A stretch of DNA of 61,998 nt, the filler included, from Hausera hauseri (taxonomy: Eukaryota): assembly GCA_046269625.1 (NCBI GenBank). It is 11 parts of 11 records of this genome, joined end to end, with 100 filler letters (N's around TTAATTAATTAA, not from the genome) between each part and the next. Parts side by side here need not be neighbours in the genome. Positions count along the whole stretch, not along the records: positions 57,174 to 61,998 come from JBJURY010423476.1; 10 more parts are not named here. One strand, given 5' to 3'. Positions 60,401 through 61,998 of the stretch are shown one piece after another. Under the pieces are notes generated by a model, which worked only from the letters and a program-made list of their open reading frames with translations, searched no databases and was not told where the DNA came from. Position 1 is the first letter of the stretch. Each line of letters begins with the position of its first letter. Made by a program: the position numbers and the translations under genes.

Positions 60401-61998
60401 TCTTTATCTGCAAGTACGCAGTATGACCTTTTATCCGTGATTGAGTCACCTCTAGATAATGCAATAATGAGTTGATATTTACACAGAATATCACTAGGCA
60501 ATGTATACACAACTAGTAAAATTTCGATTTTAAAGATTATATATGTATATATAATATATGAACCACTACAAACCAATTAAAGTTCCGATCATGATAATCG
60601 TTGTACGTATCTCATGCCTCATTCTTAATAATCCAAGATTTTGAGCAAATTCCAAAAATCTGTCATCAGGATTTTATTCAACTTCCAAATCATCCGGATG
60701 TGAAACAATGGCATAAACATACGAGCAAATATGAGCAACTCGTCGTAGCTTATCAGGTCGCCGAAGATGAGATAAATGCACTAACGAGGTTAACAAAATA
60801 AGTCCACGGCAGGCACGAAATACAAGAATCTAGAAACAACACCCCATAACAATAAGGTAAGAAAATCCTGACCTTAACTTTCAGTCCTTCTTATTTGTGG
60901 TCTTCGAAACGCAATCAAAAATATAAACAATAACTTTCATTTATTTATCATTCATTAAACCCCACACAAAAACATAAAAGAATGTAAACGGCGTAATTTA
61001 AATTCAATAAGGTAGTTTTTTAAATTGTGGTTCGTCTCCATTTTGAAGTGAGAAACGTCAAGTATATGGAATTGAGATGTTACTCTCTTCTCATGATCGA
61101 GTGATACTTAAATAATTGCTTATTCCAGATTATTATTGGAATTCCGTGTACAAACTGATTTGAGTATTTACAGTTCACTGTTAAATATTTTCAAAGGCCA
61201 GCCTGTAACGAAAAACTTCAAGAAATATAATATTGAGAAAATCAATATTATTATTGATTTTCTTATGCAAAGGAAAAGAAAATCAATTCCTACAAAAATG
61301 TTAACTGAATAAATTTTTTTGGCAGTAACACATTTATACCAACTTTATTTTGGTACTTAGTAACCGAGAAATGCATGTTATGATACGAATCGGGAAACTA
61401 CGATTAGGAATAAAACAATTATCGATTAGAGCAGAGAATACTGGATTTTCAGTTTTATGAAAAGTCGTTTTATTTATTAGGGTTTTTTGAATGTTTTTTG
61501 TTCTAGCGAAGTCAAGACGACGCGATAAGCAACTTTACTTGTTATTAAATTTCGCATTTGTTCAATACATCTCCAGTAATTTGCAAAAGAATTTGGCACA
61601 TTGTAATATTGTCGTACATTTTCCGAAACAATGTTCTTTATATATGATGTTTTTTTCATTTACGTAGTTAGTTTTCAGACATTCGAAAAATTTGAGAGTA
61701 TAGGAAAATGGGCCATCTGGGATAAACACCTATCCTACTCCCATAAGGCCACGTAGGGTTAATGTCATTTAAGGTTGATGTCGGTTAAGGCAATTTTGAG
61801 ATCATGGTCATTTATGGGTTAAGGTTACTTAAGATTATTCATTGTCCAGGTGGCATGAGGACAATGGTATGAACGATAAAACTTAATATTTTTTGAAATG
61901 ATATAGTGTTTCGATCTCTATATATTGGGTTATAACATAAATTCGTTCGTATTTTTATCATTTATTCAATTAAATACAATATTTTTAAAAATTATTTA

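Overview
This is eukaryotic (most likely metazoan) DNA, AT-rich and dominated by repeats. It is not one locus. Ten artificial 100-nt linkers (N44-TTAATTAATTAA-N44) join 11 contigs, so nothing can be inferred from adjacency across a linker. Most of the sequence is decayed mobile elements: two copies of a protein-primed DNA polymerase B (Polinton/adintovirus-type) element, four copies of a CsRn1/Kabuki-like Ty3/Gypsy family, two or three other Gypsy-type elements, one BEL/Pao element, one Tc1/mariner, one Tc1-type MITE and one hATm. Host-type sequence is limited to one intact 4-exon transketolase, an unknown signal-peptide ORF, and a fused string of pseudogene fragments (MSH5, ABCA, PSME4). The best candidate for an undescribed system is that all three CsRn1-like copies retaining their 5' end encode a ubiquitin-like domain ending in R[IL]RGG directly in front of Gag. 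Second, the pPolB element carries a subterminal 17-bp inverted repeat that differs at 8 of 17 positions between the two copies but stays fully paired in each. The transketolase also has Gln in place of the cofactor-activating Glu. All family assignments come from recognising motifs by eye; no database search was run.
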